Shown here piece by piece: positions 49,177 to 52,880 of a DNA stretch of 52,880 bases. The translations under genes were made by a program, and so were the position numbers. Each line of letters starts with the position of its first letter. The first letter of the stretch is position 1. The notes beneath the pieces are model-generated. The model was not told the origin of the DNA, did no database searches, and saw nothing but the letters and a program-made list of their open reading frames with translations. The stretch is from Octopus sinensis (lineage: Eukaryota): contig NW_021834171.1 in the NCBI RefSeq assembly GCF_006345805.1, forward strand, positions 1 to 52,880, given 5' to 3'.

Positions 49177-49483
49177 CTCTAAATGCGACTAAGGGTGTCA
49201 CAATACCTACATTCCTAGAAATAAGAGCTAAAACGCTCCAATGCTCTAGTAAAAGCACATTAATGTATACCTATATGTTCACAGGGGCTGTAATTGTCCC
49301 CAAAACATCGACTCCAGAATTTCCTTTACTAAACGTTCAGTTTCGGCTATTTCCATAGCCACTTCAGTAAGGGCTGCTCGTTCGGCTATTTCCGGGCTTA
49401 CTCAACCGTCAACAATGAGCTTTTTAGCTCTTATTTCTAGCAATGTAGGTATCTTGACACTCTTACTCGCATTTAATGACAAT
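49172..49483. mobile_element. Repeat with about 60-bp imperfect inverted ends; related pieces at 48219-48374 and 49600-49710 in opposite orientation
   Basis: ATTGTCTCTAAATGCGACTAAGGGTGTCA...TAGAAATAAGAGCTAAAA versus TTTTAGCTCTTATTTCTAG...TGACACTCTTACTCGCATTTAATGACAAT. Confidence 0.7.
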
Positions 49484-49834
49484 TATATTTTCCCTTTATG
49501 CTGCTAACACATTGCGTATGGCTGTTTATATCAATTTTTGCATATACATTAACCATTCCCTAAATCAGCCATAAATGTTTACGGTAAATATAGGTATGCT
49601 GACGGTGGATGAAGCCCTGAATAGATGAATGAGCAGTCCTTAACTGAAGGGGTAACGGAAATACCCGAAACTGAACGGTAGCATAGTCGGTGTTTTGGGG
49701 CAATTGCACCCATGCGATGTATATACATTAGCGATTCCCTAAATCAGCCATAAATGTCTATGGTGAATATAGATATGCTGACGATGGATGTAGCCCGGAC
49801 ACATACGCACTCATACGCACACTCACGCGCACAC

Positions 49835-50025
49835 ACACGACGGGCTTCATTCTGTTTCCGTCTACCAAATCCACTCACAAAGCTACGGTCGGCTCGAGGC
49901 TATGGAAGAAGACACTTTCCCATACTGCCATGCAGTGGGATTCAACTGGAAACCCTGTGGCTGGGAAGCAAGTGTGTCACCACACAGCCGCACCCATATA
50001 CAGACACATTTCATGGTCTCAAGCT
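49835..50025 (-). mobile_element. SINE family 1, 5' half, paralogous to 31855-32030
   Basis: Shares the distinctive downstream flank CACCCATATACAGACACATTTCATGGTC. Confidence 0.8.
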
Positions 50026-50034
50026 GCCTGCCTC

Positions 50035-50463
50035 GGATCTTTTCCGTTTGAACGGCAGTTTTTTAAAAATAATTTCCACGTAACTAAAAATTTTTTAACT
50101 TCGTATACTGGTAGAATGTGTTTATAAAACATCTTTTTCTCTTGGCTTTATTGAGAAAATTCTATGGTTTGTAAGATACTTGTTGTTTTTTTTTTTCAAT
50201 TCCTGCAATTTCAACCAATCAATGACGTCTATTGAGGTGAAAACATTCTGTGCCGTATGAATATGTCTCCCGTTTAAGAAACAGATTGGGTTTATTTACA
50301 TTTCTGAAGAAAAAAAGATACCCCTTCCCCACCCCTAACCCTAACCCTAACCCTAACCCTAAAACAGATTGAAATGCAATATATCGATTCTAGGGTCATA
50401 ATTATGAGTGACAATTTCATATGACACTCCTAGGAAAAACTGCCGTTCAAACCGTAAAGATCC
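50035..50463. mobile_element. MITE with about 29-bp TIRs and 9-bp TSD (Mutator/MuDR-like), containing (CCCTAA)5
   Basis: TIR GGATCTTTTCCGTTTGAACGGCAGTTTTT / AAAAACTGCCGTTCAAACCGTAAAGATCC; TSD GCCTGCCTC at 50026-50034 and 50464-50472; empty paralogous sites near 30445 and 32045. Confidence 0.88.
50333..50362. repeat. Interstitial telomere-type repeat (CCCTAA)5
   Basis: Five exact units inside the MITE. Confidence 0.9.
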
Positions 50464-50886
50464 GCCTGCCTCCCTTTCTCACTCACCCTCTCAGTCTTTT
50501 CCTTCCTCTCTCTCTCTCTCTCTTTCTCTCTCTCACCTTATTGTATATTACAGAATCATTCTATCTTACTTTCTCTCTCCCTCCCACTCTCACTCTATCT
50601 GTCTCTCTCTTATTTACTCTTCCCTTTTTTTTTCGAATGTGAACGACTAGAGTTATCTCCCTTCTCCCTAAATTTATTTTGTTAATATCTTTTAGTCTTT
50701 CACTCATTAGACGGCGCCTTGCTGGAGCAACCGCCTCCAAGAAATTTTAGACGAACAAACCGACCCCAGGACTTATATTTTTTTAAAAAGTTAGCTGGCA
50801 CTTATTCATCTGTCTGTAAGGCCGAACCGGTAGGTTGCGGTAACGTAAACACACCAGCACCGGTTTTTCACGGTGGAGGGGGAAAT

Positions 50887-50920
<34 letters not shown>

Positions 50921-51061
50921 CACACGCACGCCTCGCACGCACACTCTCACACAAGCGTACACACGCATACAGGCACACTCACCATACACAACAGGCACGC
51001 ACGCGCGCACACTCTTGAACACGCACAGACACACACAAACACGATTCCTGTAGCTGGTGCA

Positions 51062-51875
51062 TTACTCTTCTGGTTTTAGCGGAAGGGACCTTTTCCGCCT
51101 GTCAGACGTTCCATCTCTGCTGCCAACAGCCGCTGATGGAGGACCAGGCATGCTATGTCTAATGATGGCGCAGACATGCACTGAGGCTGCGGCATCATCC
51201 AGCATTTTCTTAACTGTGAACAGTGTGGGTCGCCGTTTGTCACACGGGATTTGCTGCAGTTCGCTCATTGACGGCGCTGTAGGTCCTGGATCAACAGCAG
51301 ACCAAGACAGGGCCCTTGGCACCGGGAGTGCCGGCAAGCACTCACAGCTTTCTTCCAGTCGGGCAACGCGGGTCGACAGAATTCCACAATGGAATTCTAT
51401 AGGTAATTAGTTGCGGAAAAGAGCGACAACGTTCTCTGGAAAACTCTGGTTGTCGGGGGGAATCATGAACTGGTCTTCTCCTGAGGAGTTTCAAGCCGGG
51501 TCCTACGGGTAACTTCCAGAAATCCTTGGCCTGGCATTACTACGAGGAGCTCTGCCGGTTCAAGACAAGCATTATGGACACAGAAGTACTCTCAGACGGA
51601 CCTTCAAACGTGTGCGCTGGGCGACGAAATTGTCCGGTGTGCATTACTGACTTGTGGAACTTTGTCGAACAGCTTTTGTTACGTGTAGGATGGATCTGGT
51701 TATTAGCAGAGTCCATTGGTGAGTTCCAACCCCGCCGCCTTCTTTAGGTCGAGAGGGAAAGGCGGCTTTCCTCCTCTGTCTGGTAGCGAAAGAGATAGTG
51801 TGGTAGAAGTTTTGAAAGGACTGAAGACATAGTTTCCTCTTCGGCCAAGACCTCATCGACTTTTTTAATTTCAAC
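51062..51875 (-). pseudogene. Unidentified, relatively GC-rich exon-like segment with stops
   Basis: Acceptor TTCCTTTTTCAG at 51876-51887; VEIKKVDEVLAEEE...LPHYLFR...*; 3' end duplicated at 32715-32830. Confidence 0.4.
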
Positions 51876-52491
51876 CTGAAAAAGGAACGTTTAGTTTAGA
51901 GGGAGAAGTTCTGCTCCCTAGTAAATTTGTCGAAAGGTGGGTGAATGTGGCGAGGATGACCCGTGTGAATGGGCCTACTCTGAAATTTCATTTGTACCCG
52001 GAGGAGAGAGACGCCTGTAGATGTGCGTCTGGCGGTCGGGATAACTAGAATGTGAGCGTTACTCGGTTGCCATTGTGAGGAAGACACCACTTTTGTGGAT
52101 TTTATATCGTTTTAGCAGCAAAAACTTTACTCTGAAAGCACATTAATGTGGTTTTAACAGTAAAGTTTTGGCTGCTATTTCTGGGCGTGGTGGTATCCCT
52201 TATATATCCTAAATTATCTTTTAATAATCAATTAAAACCTTTGAGGTTTTTTATTCCCATGCTAGCCACCTGATACGATCGATATTTCAAATAATGATCC
52301 TTATATATATTATCCTTATATACATATACATATATATATATATATAATATATTTATATATTATATATATATATATATTATATATATATATGTATATATAT
52401 ATATATAATATATATATGTATGTATATATATGTACATATATATATATATATACATATATATATATGTACATATATATATACATATATATAA

Positions 52492-52556
<65 letters not shown>

Positions 52557-52706
52557 TACATATAATACATACACAAACACACTTATATATGTTTGAAAGA
52601 GAGAGAGAGCGAGAGAAAGAGTCATAGAGAGACGATAAATTATTAGATAAGCAGTTTGATAGGCAAAGAAACAGAAATCTCTCTCTCTCTCTCTCTTCTC
52701 TCTCTC

Positions 52707-52745
<39 letters not shown>

Positions 52746-52748
52746 ACA

Positions 52749-52880
52749 GGCGCAGGAGTGGCTGTGTGGTTTAGTAAGCTTGCTTACCAACCACATGGTT
52801 CAGGGTTCAGATCCCAATACGTGACACCTTTGGGCAAGTGTCTTCTACTGTAGCCTTGGGTCGACCAAAGCCTTGTGAGT
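52749..52880 (+). mobile_element. SINE family 1 head, runs off the window end
   Basis: GGCGCAGGAGTGGCTGTGTGG...; upstream flank matches 33745-33826. Confidence 0.85.

Noticed and set aside
50333-50362. (CCCTAA)5 as a chromosome end or fusion scar
   Set aside because: Only five units are present, internal to a TSD-bounded MITE.

Overview
AT-rich, microsatellite-laden eukaryotic DNA. The SINE families resemble, from memory, those of a coleoid cephalopod, most likely Octopus (inference). No intact host gene is recognisable and almost all coding signal comes from transposons. The window holds a decayed Gypsy LTR element truncated by an Academ-type transposase remnant, and RLE-type R4/Dong LINEs of two families inserted in (AAT)n tracts (one 875-aa uninterrupted ORF, one near-intact copy). 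It also holds RTE, HERO-like, Tx1/L1-like ORF1, Penelope, mariner and Merlin-like fragments, two tRNA-type SINE families, and MITEs. Four observations stand out. (1) At least three sequence families of minimal type-I hammerhead ribozymes sit in Penelope-like terminal repeats, with covarying helices and self-complementary helix III, and are concentrated in a nest of inverted repeats at 43.8-49.8 kb. (2) Paralogous (AAT)n tracts 27 kb apart were colonised independently by different R4/Dong families. (3) A 93-bp satellite is shifting to an AB dimer higher-order repeat. (4) There are segmental/tandem duplications, including an unidentified exon-like sequence present in both orientations. All identifications are by eye from motifs; no database search was run and many boundaries are approximate.
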